NCBI GenBank assembly: GCA_049510745.1
Contig: JBEKYR010000005.1
Location: 64,001 to 128,000 of the forward strand
Direction of reading: 5' to 3'
Length of the DNA: 64,000 nt
From: Verrucomicrobiota bacterium
GTDB taxonomy: Bacteria; Verrucomicrobiota; Verrucomicrobiia; Limisphaerales; Palsa-1400
The notes below the pieces were generated by a model. The model was not told the DNA's origin. It saw only the letters and a list, made by a program, of their open reading frames with translations, and did not search any database. This document shows, piece by piece, positions 48,714 through 58,202 of the stretch; the first letter of the stretch is position 1, and each line of letters starts with the position of its first letter. The position numbers were made by a program, and so were the translations under genes.

Positions 48714-49154
48714 TTACTTGAGGTTTTGCCACCGGACCAATATTCCATCGCTGAAATAGAGGAAAATGTCCGGTTCGGCAGTTTCGAGAGTGACAGGGTC
48801 GGGATCTAAATATGACCATAAATCAAATGAACCGCCAATTCCTTGACTTGTTTCAATATGCCACGGGCGGCCCATGACCACGCGGACTTGCTCTTCGTCC
48901 ATACCGATTGAAATCCGTCCGTTCTTGAAGTTGTCCAGCAATCTGGGGTCGGCATTTGGATGTGCTTCCATGTATGCTCGCGCTCTCTCGGAAATTGCAG
49001 ACGGGAGACGTTGGTCGAGTTCGTCGAGCGTAAATTGCGCTGCGGATTTATAGTGCTCTGTGGCCGTGTCGGCAGGGGGTTGTCCATATTGAGGGGGGAT
49101 GGGAGACCCACATCCCGCGATTGCGACAAGAATGACTGACAGAACGATTCTCAT
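48714..49154 (-). CDS. Lipoprotein with SmpA/OmlA(BamE)-like C-terminal domain
   Basis: IAGC lipobox; ISIGMDEEQVRVVMGRP...W.Y...LYFSDGILV. Confidence 0.75.
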   Translation of the reverse strand: MRIVLSVILVAIAGCGSPIPPQYGQPPADTATEHYKSAAQFTLDELDQRLPSAISERARAYMEAHPNADPRLLDNFKNGRISIGMDEEQVRVVMGRPWHIETSQGIGGSFDLWSYLDPDPVTLETAEPDIFLYFSDGILVRWQNLK

Positions 49155-49478
49155 TGTTTGGATAGTATCACGCCCGATAGCTGTCCGTCAATAATGTGAG
49201 AATGCGCCTGGTGGTGACGGCATTGGCCGCAGTGTTGCGGTGGCAGAAAGGGCGCAATCCTGGGGACAAGGACGACACGACCAGGCACTTGTCGGGGCGG
49301 AGCGTTCGCGTGTTGGCATTTGGCTTGGCCTTTGTGTTCGCAGCAAGCCGGATGCCAACACGGGAACGCGCAGCGGGGAAATGCTCATGGTTTCTAATGT
49401 GATAATGATTGCAATTAGAATTACTAAAAACGTTTTTATTTGATTGCTATGTTCGTTTTGTTCGTTTAGTTTGATGCC

Positions 49479-49877
49479 ATGAAAAGAAAACGAACAGGCG
49501 CGAAAGTGATAGCCGGGAAGGCAACGCAAAAGGCCCCCGTGCGAGCGGAACAAAAATCAGAGAACCAATGGCCGCCCGGGCATCTCACAGAATCCTCGGA
49601 TGGGGTGCTGAGAATCCGTCCGTTTCCAGAGAGCCTTCTGCACGAAGCCGAACGAGAGCCTGATCATGTGGACTTGGCGGAATACTGGCGGGTGATTTTT
49701 AAGCTGCGCGAAAAGGGCTTCACGTTTCGTGATATTGCACTGTGGCTTTCGGAGCGCAACGTTGAGGCGGACCACAACGCCGTTTATCGGGTGTACTCCA
49801 ATCATATGACCGCCGAGCAGACTGCAATAGAATCGGACCTGGAAGAACGGGAAAAGCAAATGATCGAGGAGTTGTGA
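49479..49877 (+). CDS. Putative HTH DNA-binding protein
   Basis: LREKGFTFRDIALWLSERNVEADHNAVYRVY; first gene of a tight HTH-xis-int run. Confidence 0.65.
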   Translation: MKRKRTGAKVIAGKATQKAPVRAEQKSENQWPPGHLTESSDGVLRIRPFPESLLHEAEREPDHVDLAEYWRVIFKLREKGFTFRDIALWLSERNVEADHNAVYRVYSNHMTAEQTAIESDLEEREKQMIEEL

Positions 49878-49878
49878 T

Positions 49879-50100
49879 ATGTCTGACGTTGTCGAAAGGG
49901 CGAGCGAGGGCAATGCGGAATCGAAACTGGTGCGGCTGAAAGGGGCGGCGGCTCGGCTTGGTGTCAGTGTGCGGACATTGTACCGCATCATTGCGGAAGG
50001 GGGCTTGCCCTTGGTGCATATTCGAGGGTGTTCGTGTTTGAAAGAAGGCGACTTGAGCGCTTACGTGGAAAAAAGCAAACGAAGGAAAATTTATGATTAA
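49879..50100 (+). CDS. Excisionase-like (HTH_17/AlpA-type) protein
   Basis: AAARLGVSVRTLYRIIAEGGLP; overlaps the integrase start. Confidence 0.85.
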   Translation: MSDVVERASEGNAESKLVRLKGAAARLGVSVRTLYRIIAEGGLPLVHIRGCSCLKEGDLSAYVEKSKRRKIYD

Positions 50101-51376
50101 CAGCATTTACAAACCCAAGGGGTCGCGGATATGGCGCTGGAGATTCCGGCAGGTCCCTGCCGATGGCAAAATTGAAGATGTATCGCTTGGGACATCTGAG
50201 AAACAGGTGGCGGAAAAACGGCAGGGTGAGCGGCGGCGAGAAAAGGAGCTTGAAAGAGGGGGGTTCATTCCTCCAAAGGCTATACGTGATGCGTCACACC
50301 GCAAGCTGTCGGACCATTTGCAAGACTTCCTGGGCGATATGCGCCGGCGGGGGAAGTCGGAAAAGTATCTGGCAAACCTTGAATTCCGTGTTGGCAGACT
50401 GATTTCGGATTGCGCTTGGAACACAGCAAGCGACGTTTCGGCTGATTCATTCCAAGCCTGGTTGCGTAGGCGACAGGAATTGAAGGACAAGACGGCGAAT
50501 GATTATTTAGAAGCTGCGCGGTGTTTTTTTAACTGGCTGGTGAAACTCGGTCGGGCGGGGTCTAATCCTCTGCTGTCGGTGGAAAAGGCAAAAACGAAAG
50601 GCGGCAAAGCACAGGGGCGCCGGGCGTTTAGTGATGACGAAATGGTGCGTTTGCTGGCTGTTGCTGGCGAGCGCAAGGCGGTTTACCTGATGGCGGTCCA
50701 TACGGGCTTGCGGAGAGGGGAATTGGCGGCGCTCAAGTGGGGAGACTTGCATCTGGATGCGGTGACACCGTTTGTCAACGTCCGGGCATCGACAACTAAG
50801 AACGGCAAGGCTGCGGATATGCGATTGCTTCCTGAATTGGTGGCAGCACTGGCTGAACTTAAAACCAACGGGACAAATGGCGATGACCTTGTTTTCAAGC
50901 GGATTCCCCGGATTGAGAGGTTTTACAGGGACTTGAAAAAAGCCGGGATTGCGCTCAAGGACGCATTTGGACGCAAGGCCGTCTTTCATTCCCTGCGGCA
51001 TACATTCGGGACTAATCTGGCGCGGGGTGGAGTGGCAAGCCGGGTTGCAATGGCTCTGATGCGGCACAGTGACCGAAGATTGACGGATCAGATTTACACT
51101 GATGAAAACCTGCTCGGCACCTGGGCGGCGTTCGACAGTCTGCCCAATTATGGGGAGCGAGCCTCACAAATAGCCTCACAGATTTTAGTCGCAACGGGTC
51201 AAAACGTGTCATTGCCTGTCACAACGAGTGCCGGGCCGGAAGTGGCAAAAACCCTTGTAAACATTGGCGATTGTCACGTTTTGGCACTGCCTGGCACAAC
51301 GGGTCATAATGCGGGGAATGGCGGGAGTGGCGGGGCTCGAACCCGTAACCTCTGCCGTGACAGGGCAGCGCTCTAA
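50093..51376 (+). CDS. Tyrosine recombinase/integrase; frame runs through att and stops inside tRNA-Asp (antisense)
   Basis: TGLRRGE, TKNG, FHSLRHT, MRHSD, QIYT catalytic set complete. Confidence 0.95.
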   Translation: MINSIYKPKGSRIWRWRFRQVPADGKIEDVSLGTSEKQVAEKRQGERRREKELERGGFIPPKAIRDASHRKLSDHLQDFLGDMRRRGKSEKYLANLEFRVGRLISDCAWNTASDVSADSFQAWLRRRQELKDKTANDYLEAARCFFNWLVKLGRAGSNPLLSVEKAKTKGGKAQGRRAFSDDEMVRLLAVAGERKAVYLMAVHTGLRRGELAALKWGDLHLDAVTPFVNVRASTTKNGKAADMRLLPELVAALAELKTNGTNGDDLVFKRIPRIERFYRDLKKAGIALKDAFGRKAVFHSLRHTFGTNLARGGVASRVAMALMRHSDRRLTDQIYTDENLLGTWAAFDSLPNYGERASQIASQILVATGQNVSLPVTTSAGPEVAKTLVNIGDCHVLALPGTTGHNAGNGGSGGARTRNLCRDRAAL

Positions 51377-51395
51377 CCAATTGAGCTACACCCCC
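51319..51395 (-). tRNA. tRNA-Asp (GTC), integration target
   Basis: GGGGGTGTAGCTCAATTGGTTAGAGC...CTGCC-CTGTCAC-GGCAG...GGTTCGAGCC...CACTCCC-G-CCA. Confidence 0.96.
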
Positions 51396-51484
51396 GCTCA
51401 GGAACCCAAAACCTAACCAATCCTTCGCCCCCAGTCAATGGCGAACCCGCGGTTCGCTGATTCGTCCTTCGTCATTTCCCCCGG

Positions 51485-52954
51485 TCAATCAACGCTTGCC
51501 CTCCTGTGGCGGCGACGCCTGCCCAAACCTGGGATTCCCCCTGGCTGCGGGAGGACCGACTCCGCCCGCGCGAAGTGGAGCACATTGCTCACCTCGGGCT
51601 GGACGCCGGTGAAAACGATTTCCAGCCCCTGTTGCAGGCCGCTCTCCCTGGCCCGCAGCATCAGCCAGGCGCCGGCGCTGTCAATGAATTTCAGGGCGGA
51701 GAGGTCAATCAAAAAACGGCTGCCGGCCTTGGCCCGCGCCGCGATCTGGCTTTGCGTCGAACGCCACACCTGCTCCACGTTGGCCGCGGTGATTTCCCCC
51801 TGCCAGAAGACCGAGGGGCGCCACGGAAAATAATTGGGCCGCGCCAGGACCGGCCGCGCGGGGGCGGGATTCTCCATCAGTTCGGCCGCCGCCGCCATGT
51901 CCGCCGCCACGGTGAAGAGGCCCTCCAGGCGCATCCACCGCAGCGCGGCGCGCGCCGCTGGGCTGGGCGAGAGGAGGATCACTTTGCGATGGGACAACCG
52001 CGCCCGCTGCCGCAAAGCCAGCAGCAGCCCGGCGCCAGTGCTGTCAATATAAACCACGTTCGACAGGTCCAGCAGGCAATAACGCCCGTCCGCCAGGGCT
52101 GCTTCGCACGACGCCCGGTCGCGCCGCGCCGCCGCGCCGTCCAGCCGCGCGGGCATCCTGATCCGCTGCCAATTATTGCGGGGCCGGAGCGCCGCCTGCG
52201 TAACCGCGCCGGCGGGCGCGTGGACTTGTCGAAGCTGTATCCGCCACCATTGCTGGGCGATGGCCAGGGCGAAGACGGCCAGGTTCCGCGCCGCGCGGCC
52301 CCAGTGGCGCCCAGGCTCGCCCCGGACGCGGCCCCTCACCGCCTCCATCGCCGCGCCGACGCCCACCGCGATCGGCACACCGAGCGAACGATAGTGCATT
52401 GCGATCCACTTTTCCTCTTTGGGACAGCCAAAGGAGACGAACAACAGGTCGGGGCCGGCCTGCTTGATTCGCCGGCAAATGTCTTCGTGGTCCATTTCCA
52501 GCAAAGGCGCGCCGGGCGGCGCGTACGAGCCGGCGACGATCAAATCCGGATGCCGGGCGCGCAGTTTCGCGCAGGCGTCGGCGGTGGATTCGGGCGTGCC
52601 GCCCAGGAAAAAGACGCGGTATTTCCTGCGCGCCGCGACCTGGAGCAGCAACGGAACAAGGTCAGCCCCTGCGACGGGCCTGGGCAGGGGATTGCCCAGC
52701 AGGCGCGAGGCCCAAACCAACGGCCGCTCATCGGCCAGCACCAGATGCGCGTCGGTCAAGATGCGGTGCAATTCGATGTCGGAGAGCGCCTGCACCAAAA
52801 AGCCGACGTTGGCGGCGACCAAATGATGCGGTTGGCGGGAGGCGACCATTTGCTCGATCAACTCGACGGTTTGGGCGGCGGTGACGTTGTCGAACGGCAC
52901 GCCCAGGAGCACGATAGGCTGGGCGGCGGCATCGGGTTGGGGAACGGTGCTCAT
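51485..52954 (-). CDS. WecB/TagA/CpsF glycosyltransferase fused to two STAS domains
   Basis: LLGVPFD, VAGADL, FFLGG, FGCPKEEKW; two DLSxxxxIDSxG STAS motifs. Confidence 0.88.
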   Translation of the reverse strand: MSTVPQPDAAAQPIVLLGVPFDNVTAAQTVELIEQMVASRQPHHLVAANVGFLVQALSDIELHRILTDAHLVLADERPLVWASRLLGNPLPRPVAGADLVPLLLQVAARRKYRVFFLGGTPESTADACAKLRARHPDLIVAGSYAPPGAPLLEMDHEDICRRIKQAGPDLLFVSFGCPKEEKWIAMHYRSLGVPIAVGVGAAMEAVRGRVRGEPGRHWGRAARNLAVFALAIAQQWWRIQLRQVHAPAGAVTQAALRPRNNWQRIRMPARLDGAAARRDRASCEAALADGRYCLLDLSNVVYIDSTGAGLLLALRQRARLSHRKVILLSPSPAARAALRWMRLEGLFTVAADMAAAAELMENPAPARPVLARPNYFPWRPSVFWQGEITAANVEQVWRSTQSQIAARAKAGSRFLIDLSALKFIDSAGAWLMLRARESGLQQGLEIVFTGVQPEVSNVLHFARAESVLPQPGGIPGLGRRRRHRRASVD

Positions 52955-53423
52955 GGCGTCAAGAAGTCTGGCGCCCTTGCCGCGCTTCGCGCCCCTCCCC
53001 CCACTCGGAAGTTACGCAAAGGTTCGATGGGCGGCAAGGGCGCCGCAATGTCTCCAACATGTTCTGAGTTCATGTCTCGCCTGCCTGTCACGCCGCGCTC
53101 CTGGCGTCGGTGGGTTAAAATCCAGATTCCCGCTGCCGATCCGAAAGCATTCCCACCCGAGCGTGACAACAATTCATCGGCAGGTTCCGGCATTTTGTTA
53201 AATTTCGGGTCAGGGAACAACTGAGGCAGCGCCTTAAAAAGAGCGGCAAAAATTGCCCACTGCATGGACAGGAAGAGATTTCGATTTGAAATCAACTTGA
53301 TGAATTTGTCGAGCGTTGTAAACTTGCTTCGTGCGCAAAACAAAAGAAACCGCGTATCAACTCACCCGCCATCATTTAGTCCACATTCTTCGCGAGGAAG
53401 CGCAGTCGAACAGCGTCCACTCG

Positions 53424-54302
53424 ATGACGATTGGCGATTACACCGATGCGATCATTTGCGGCGATGCAGAGTCCACGGTGCGCGCCCTGCCATCCGAATC
53501 CGTCAACGCGATTATCACGAGTCCGCCTTATTACCAACAGCGGGATTACGGCGCGGGGTTGCAAATTGGAAACGAATCTTCGCCGGAAGCTTACGCGCAA
53601 AAGTTGGCGGGCGTTTTCCGCGAATGTTTCCGAGTGCTGGCGAAGGATGGCACGTTGTGGTTGAACCTCGGAGACAAATACAAGGAGGGGCGGTTGTTGG
53701 GAATGCCGTGGCGCGTCGTGTTCGCCTTGGAAAGCCTCGGCTGGATTCTCAGGTCTGACATCATTTGGCATAAAACCAACGCCATGCCCGCTTCGGTGAA
53801 GAACCGCCCGACGACGGATCACGAATACGTCTTTATGTTTTCCAGGTCGCCGGATTATTTCTACAACGCCGACGCCATTCGTGAACCGCACGTCACGTTC
53901 ACGGAAAAAAGCAGGATGAGGGGCGGGCGCGGGCATTTCGGAAAACGGGGAGGAACGCCGGAGCAAGGCAAGAACGGCGGAAATCCCAATCTCCACAATG
54001 GGCGCTGGGACCAGGCGTTTCATCCGTTGGGCAGAAACAAAAGAACCGTTTGGCAGATTCCTCTGTCAAAATTCCCGGAGGCTCACTTCGCGGTGTTCCC
54101 GGAAAAGTTGGTTGAAACCTGTGTTATGGCTGCGACGAAGCCAAACGGTTTGGTCCTCGACCCGTTCGCTGGCAGCGGCACTGTTGCAATTGTAGCCCAG
54201 CAGTTGGGGCGTCACTTCGTCGGGATTGATTGCAGCGAGAAATACTGCGCTCTGGCCAAAAAGCGTCTCGAAAAAAGCCAACTGGCATTTGGCCTGGCCT
54301 GA
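53424..54302 (+). CDS. Site-specific DNA methyltransferase (N4C/N6A, beta class)
   Basis: TSPPY precedes DPFAGSGT; IIWHK, HFAVFP; start may be GTG 53331. Confidence 0.93.
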   Translation: MTIGDYTDAIICGDAESTVRALPSESVNAIITSPPYYQQRDYGAGLQIGNESSPEAYAQKLAGVFRECFRVLAKDGTLWLNLGDKYKEGRLLGMPWRVVFALESLGWILRSDIIWHKTNAMPASVKNRPTTDHEYVFMFSRSPDYFYNADAIREPHVTFTEKSRMRGGRGHFGKRGGTPEQGKNGGNPNLHNGRWDQAFHPLGRNKRTVWQIPLSKFPEAHFAVFPEKLVETCVMAATKPNGLVLDPFAGSGTVAIVAQQLGRHFVGIDCSEKYCALAKKRLEKSQLAFGLA

Positions 54303-54303
54303 A

Positions 54304-55194
54304 TCAGGCAAACCGCTTGAAAAATGGAATCAACTTTTCCACTTCATTTTCGAGCATCGGTCCGATGGCCTCGGTCTGGTTTGGATTGGCGCGAAGATAA
54401 ATCCAATGCTCGCACCGGAGGGATTTCAGATCTCCGCCCCAAGACTCCGCAATGATGACAGGCACGCATTCGTATCCGTTCTCATGCGCCACTGAAATTG
54501 CCTTGAAAATATCTCGTGTGAACAGATTGGCATGGCCGCCGCCCATCGTTTCGCGCGTTTTGACTGGCACAAGAATCGTTCGCTTCTTGCCGATGATCTG
54601 CACATCGAATGTTTCTTCTTTGATTCGCTTTTCGCCATCTCCGATTTCAAGCCGAACGGAGCGTCTCTCAAAAACTGTTCGGAAAGCCCCGCGAACAAGC
54701 TCCTCAAATCTCGTTCCTTTGAGCGCCCGGCGACTTCCCTCAAGCCTTGCCAGCATCACTTCGGACAACGCCGGCCACGACCAACTTTCGGCCTGCGGAA
54801 ACAATGGTCCGACGAATTTGCGCAACTGATTCAAGAGGTTTGCGCGCTTTTCATCCAGGGATTCGCCTTGCACTGAAGTCAGGAGCGGTCGCAGCCGTTG
54901 AGCAGGCGCGTCCCGTAGAATCCACGCGAGGAAATACCATTTTGCCGTCGCGTCTTTGTAAGGTCTGGCCAAACCATCAAGCAATTGAACACCGCTCCGC
55001 CTCGCCAAATAATTTCCAATGACCTTCGTCGCTTTCGCATCCGACGGCTCGTTTATGAAAACGTAAATGTTTTGATAGCCGTGCTGCTTTAAATACACGC
55101 AGAAGTCCTCATAGTATTTTTGATTCTGGCGGACGATGGCCACCAAATCTTGCAGCCGCAGATTCTCGATTATGAAGCCCATGAAATGTTTCAA
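54304..55194 (-). CDS. Putative PD-(D/E)xK restriction endonuclease
   Basis: GTRFEE...FDVQI...VPVKTRE; convergent with the MTase, stops 1 bp apart; AT-richer; ATG alternative 55182. Confidence 0.65.
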   Translation of the reverse strand: MKHFMGFIIENLRLQDLVAIVRQNQKYYEDFCVYLKQHGYQNIYVFINEPSDAKATKVIGNYLARRSGVQLLDGLARPYKDATAKWYFLAWILRDAPAQRLRPLLTSVQGESLDEKRANLLNQLRKFVGPLFPQAESWSWPALSEVMLARLEGSRRALKGTRFEELVRGAFRTVFERRSVRLEIGDGEKRIKEETFDVQIIGKKRTILVPVKTRETMGGGHANLFTRDIFKAISVAHENGYECVPVIIAESWGGDLKSLRCEHWIYLRANPNQTEAIGPMLENEVEKLIPFFKRFA

Positions 55195-56981
55195 TGATAT
55201 TCCTGCACCGTCTTGACGCCGTAGCCGCTTTTTTTGAGGGCGGCGATGCCCAGGGCGGCGGCGCGGGCGCCGCCGAGCGTGGTCATAATCGGCGTGCCCG
55301 TATAGACGGCGGTGGTGCGGATTTTCACTTCGTCGGCCCGCGGCGTCTGGCCGGCGGGGGTGTTGATGACCAGGTGAATTTCACGGTTCTTCAGCAGGTC
55401 CAGCGTGTTGGGGCGGCCTTCGGCCAGTTTGAAAACGCGCGAAACCTTCAGGCCGGCTTCCTCCAGGACTTTGGCCGTGCCCACCGTTGAAATCAGCTCG
55501 AAGCCCAGGTCGGCGAATTGCCGGGCAATGGCGGCGACTTGTTTCTTGTGCGCGTCGCTCACGCTGATGAAGACGCGCCCGCTCAAGGGCAGCGGCGCCC
55601 CGGCGGCCATCTGCGATTTGGCGTAGGCGATGCCCAAATCGGCGTCCAACCCCATCACCTCGCCCGTCGAACGCATTTCCGGCGAGAGCAAAATGTCCTG
55701 GCCCTGAAAGCGGTTGAAGGGAAAGACCGATTCCTTGACGGCCCAGTACCGGGTCCAAATCTCCCTGGTGAAACCCAGTTCGGCCAGTTTCTTTCCCGTC
55801 ATGACTTTGGCGGCCAGCTTGGCCAGGGGCACGCCGATCGCTTTGCTGACGAAGGGCACCGTGCGCGAGGCCCGCGGATTGACTTCCAACACATACACCG
55901 TTTCTCCCTTGACGGCGTATTGCACGTTCATCAAGCCGATGACGCGCAATTCCCGCGCCATGGCGTGCGTGTACTGGCGCATCGTTTCAATGACTTTGGC
56001 CGAAAGGGTGTGCGGCGGCAACACCATGGCCGCGTCGCCCGAATGCACCCCGGCAAACTCGATGTGCTCCATAAATCCCCCAATCACAATCGTGCCTTCC
56101 GCCGCGTCCGCGAAATGTCCCACGTCGGCAATGCAATCCACGTCCACCTCGGTGGCGTCTTCCAGGAATTTGTCCACCAGCACGGGCCGCTCGGGAGAAG
56201 CCTCCACCGCGACGCGCATGTAATGGTTCAACTCCGCGTCGGAATAGACGATCTGCATGGCCCGTCCGCCCAGCACAAAGGACGGACGCACCAAAACCGG
56301 GTAGCCCAGGCCGCGCGCCGCCTCCAGCGCCTCCGCTTCGTTGGTGGCCAGGCCGTTGGGCGGTTGCGGAATGGCCAGTTTATTGAGCATGGCGGCAAAG
56401 AGTTTGCGGTCTTCGGCGATCTCGATGCTTTGCGGAGAGGTGCCGATGATGTTGACGCCGTTCTTTTGCAGGCCCAGCGCCAGATTCAGCGGCGTCTGCC
56501 CGCCAAACTGCGCGATCGCCCCCCGGCATTTTTCCCGCTCGTAAATGTGCAGGACATCCTCCAGCGTCAGCGGCTCGAAAAAGAGCTTGTCGCTGGTGTC
56601 GTAATCGGTCGAAACGGTTTCGGGATTGGAATTGACCATCAACGTTTCAAAACCGTCCTCCTTCAGCGCAAAGGCGGCGTGGACACAGCAATAATCAAAT
56701 TCAATCCCCTGTCCGATGCGGTTGGGGCCGCCGCCCAGGATCATGATTTTCCGCTTGCCGCCCGGCCGGATTTCGTCGTCCCCGCAATCGTAGGTGGAAT
56801 AATAGTAGGGTGTGTAAGCCTCGAATTCCGCCGCGCAGGTATCGACCAGCCTGTAACTGGGGACCAGGCCCAGTTCCTTGCGCAAGGCGCGGACGTCCTC
56901 CTCGGATTTTCCGGTCAAACAGCCAATTTGACGATCGGAGAATCCGAGGGATTTCGCCTTGGCGAGCAATTCACGATTCAT
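55191..56981 (-). CDS. carB: Carbamoyl-phosphate synthase large subunit, C-terminal half only (split carB)
   Basis: Begins [32 protein letters not shown], second ATP-grasp and MGS domain; 596 aa. Confidence 0.92.
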   Translation of the reverse strand: MNRELLAKAKSLGFSDRQIGCLTGKSEEDVRALRKELGLVPSYRLVDTCAAEFEAYTPYYYSTYDCGDDEIRPGGKRKIMILGGGPNRIGQGIEFDYCCVHAAFALKEDGFETLMVNSNPETVSTDYDTSDKLFFEPLTLEDVLHIYEREKCRGAIAQFGGQTPLNLALGLQKNGVNIIGTSPQSIEIAEDRKLFAAMLNKLAIPQPPNGLATNEAEALEAARGLGYPVLVRPSFVLGGRAMQIVYSDAELNHYMRVAVEASPERPVLVDKFLEDATEVDVDCIADVGHFADAAEGTIVIGGFMEHIEFAGVHSGDAAMVLPPHTLSAKVIETMRQYTHAMARELRVIGLMNVQYAVKGETVYVLEVNPRASRTVPFVSKAIGVPLAKLAAKVMTGKKLAELGFTREIWTRYWAVKESVFPFNRFQGQDILLSPEMRSTGEVMGLDADLGIAYAKSQMAAGAPLPLSGRVFISVSDAHKKQVAAIARQFADLGFELISTVGTAKVLEEAGLKVSRVFKLAEGRPNTLDLLKNREIHLVINTPAGQTPRADEVKIRTTAVYTGTPIMTTLGGARAAALGIAALKKSGYGVKTVQEYH

Positions 56982-57091
56982 TCCGCGGAACTTTTCTTAA
57001 AGTCAATCGGATGAGGAGCCAACCGTTGTCCCCGCCTTTAGGCAAGAAAAATCTTTCGTTTCAAAATAATAAACAGAAAGATGCTTCCGCC

Positions 57092-57610
57092 ATGAACTCC
57101 ATGCCCGCTTTAGAGGTCGTCCAGTCGGACATCACCAGACTGGCCGTCGATGCGGTGGTGAACGCGGCCAATACCACTTTGTTGGGCGGCGGGGGAGTCG
57201 ATGGCGCCATCCACCGGGCCGCCGGCCAGCGCCTTCTGGAGGCCTGCCGCCGGCTCAACGGCTGCAAAACAGGCGACGCCAAGATCACTCCCGGTTTCGA
57301 TCTCCCGGCCCAATTCGTCATTCACGCCGTCGGCCCGGTCTGGTCCGGCGGGAAGCGGGGCGAAGCGCAATTGCTGGCCTCATGCTACCGGCGCTCCCTT
57401 GAAATCGCCGCCGAACATGGATTGAAGAGCATCGCCTTCCCGTCCATCAGCACGGGCGCTTACGGCTATCCGTTTCGCGCCGCCGCCCAGACCGCCCTCG
57501 AAACGGTGCGAAACTTCCGCCCCGATCCGAATCCGCTCCAGGAAATCATTTTCTGCTGCTTCTCCCCCGAGCATCACCGCGTCTATGTGGAATTGATTGC
57601 GGCGGAGTAG
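57092..57610 (+). CDS. Macro-domain O-acetyl-ADP-ribose deacetylase (YmdB-like)
   Basis: [39 protein letters not shown]. Confidence 0.95.
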   Translation: MNSMPALEVVQSDITRLAVDAVVNAANTTLLGGGGVDGAIHRAAGQRLLEACRRLNGCKTGDAKITPGFDLPAQFVIHAVGPVWSGGKRGEAQLLASCYRRSLEIAAEHGLKSIAFPSISTGAYGYPFRAAAQTALETVRNFRPDPNPLQEIIFCCFSPEHHRVYVELIAAE

Positions 57611-57749
57611 ATGTCGCCATTCAATTGAAATGGGAGCGCGACTGTCTCGGTCGCTCTGGCCGGCCCACGCGCAAGCCCACGCGCAAGCGTCAGCCCAACA
57701 ATTTGTTCTGATGTCCCGCCGGCCAGCCACGCCCCACAGATACTTCCGG

Positions 57750-58196
57750 TTAAGGCTTTCGCGGGCGCTTCATGATTTGGGCCACTTGACCATAAAACGC
57801 CCCTTGCAGGCTCGAAAGCTTATTATGTTCGATGTCTTCCAAGTCTCCGAGTTTGCTGGTCCATGCGCCAGACTTCAATTGGCGGGCCGCGTGCGTGACT
57901 TGGTTGAACAGGTCCCGAAAAATTGCGATTTTTTCGATTCCCTCCTCCAGCGAGTCATTATCGCAGACGATATATCCGCACTCAGCCTCGTATAGCTTTA
58001 TGAAGCTTTCGACATCCAAACTGCGGGGAATGCCGCTAGGCCAATACCTTCCAGACGTTGGGTCTGGGTCCCACTTTCTGGTGGTATCGTCTCCGGTCCA
58101 AGCGATGCAGTTGTAATCGTCGGTCTCATCGCTGGTTTTGGAATAGCCATCGACGAGAAGTTGCGGCCACTCTGCCTCAATTGCCTGGAGCGACAT
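57750..58196 (-). CDS. Hypothetical protein with putative Cys/His catalytic dyad
   Basis: YNCIAW...THAARQ...WTSKLG..EDIEH; AT-richer. Confidence 0.7.
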   Translation of the reverse strand: MSLQAIEAEWPQLLVDGYSKTSDETDDYNCIAWTGDDTTRKWDPDPTSGRYWPSGIPRSLDVESFIKLYEAECGYIVCDNDSLEEGIEKIAIFRDLFNQVTHAARQLKSGAWTSKLGDLEDIEHNKLSSLQGAFYGQVAQIMKRPRKP

Positions 58197-58202
58197 CTGG
58201 TT

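Larger units (their letters stand above)
46386..51345. mobile_element. ~4.96-kb integrative rolling-circle element inserted in tRNA-Asp
   Basis: 39-bp identical direct repeats containing the tRNA 3' end; integrase, Xis-like HTH and HUH Rep inside; composition differs from host. Confidence 0.92.

Noticed and set aside
46386..51345. Complete inovirus or tailed prophage
   Set aside because: No Zot/pI ATPase, coat, terminase or other structural genes between the att repeats
57664..57689. Short tandem duplications (GCCCACGCGCAA x2 here, CAATGCCGACGCGC x2 near 18328, CA run near 58932)
   Set aside because: Two-copy or very short repeats consistent with slippage; no evidence of function
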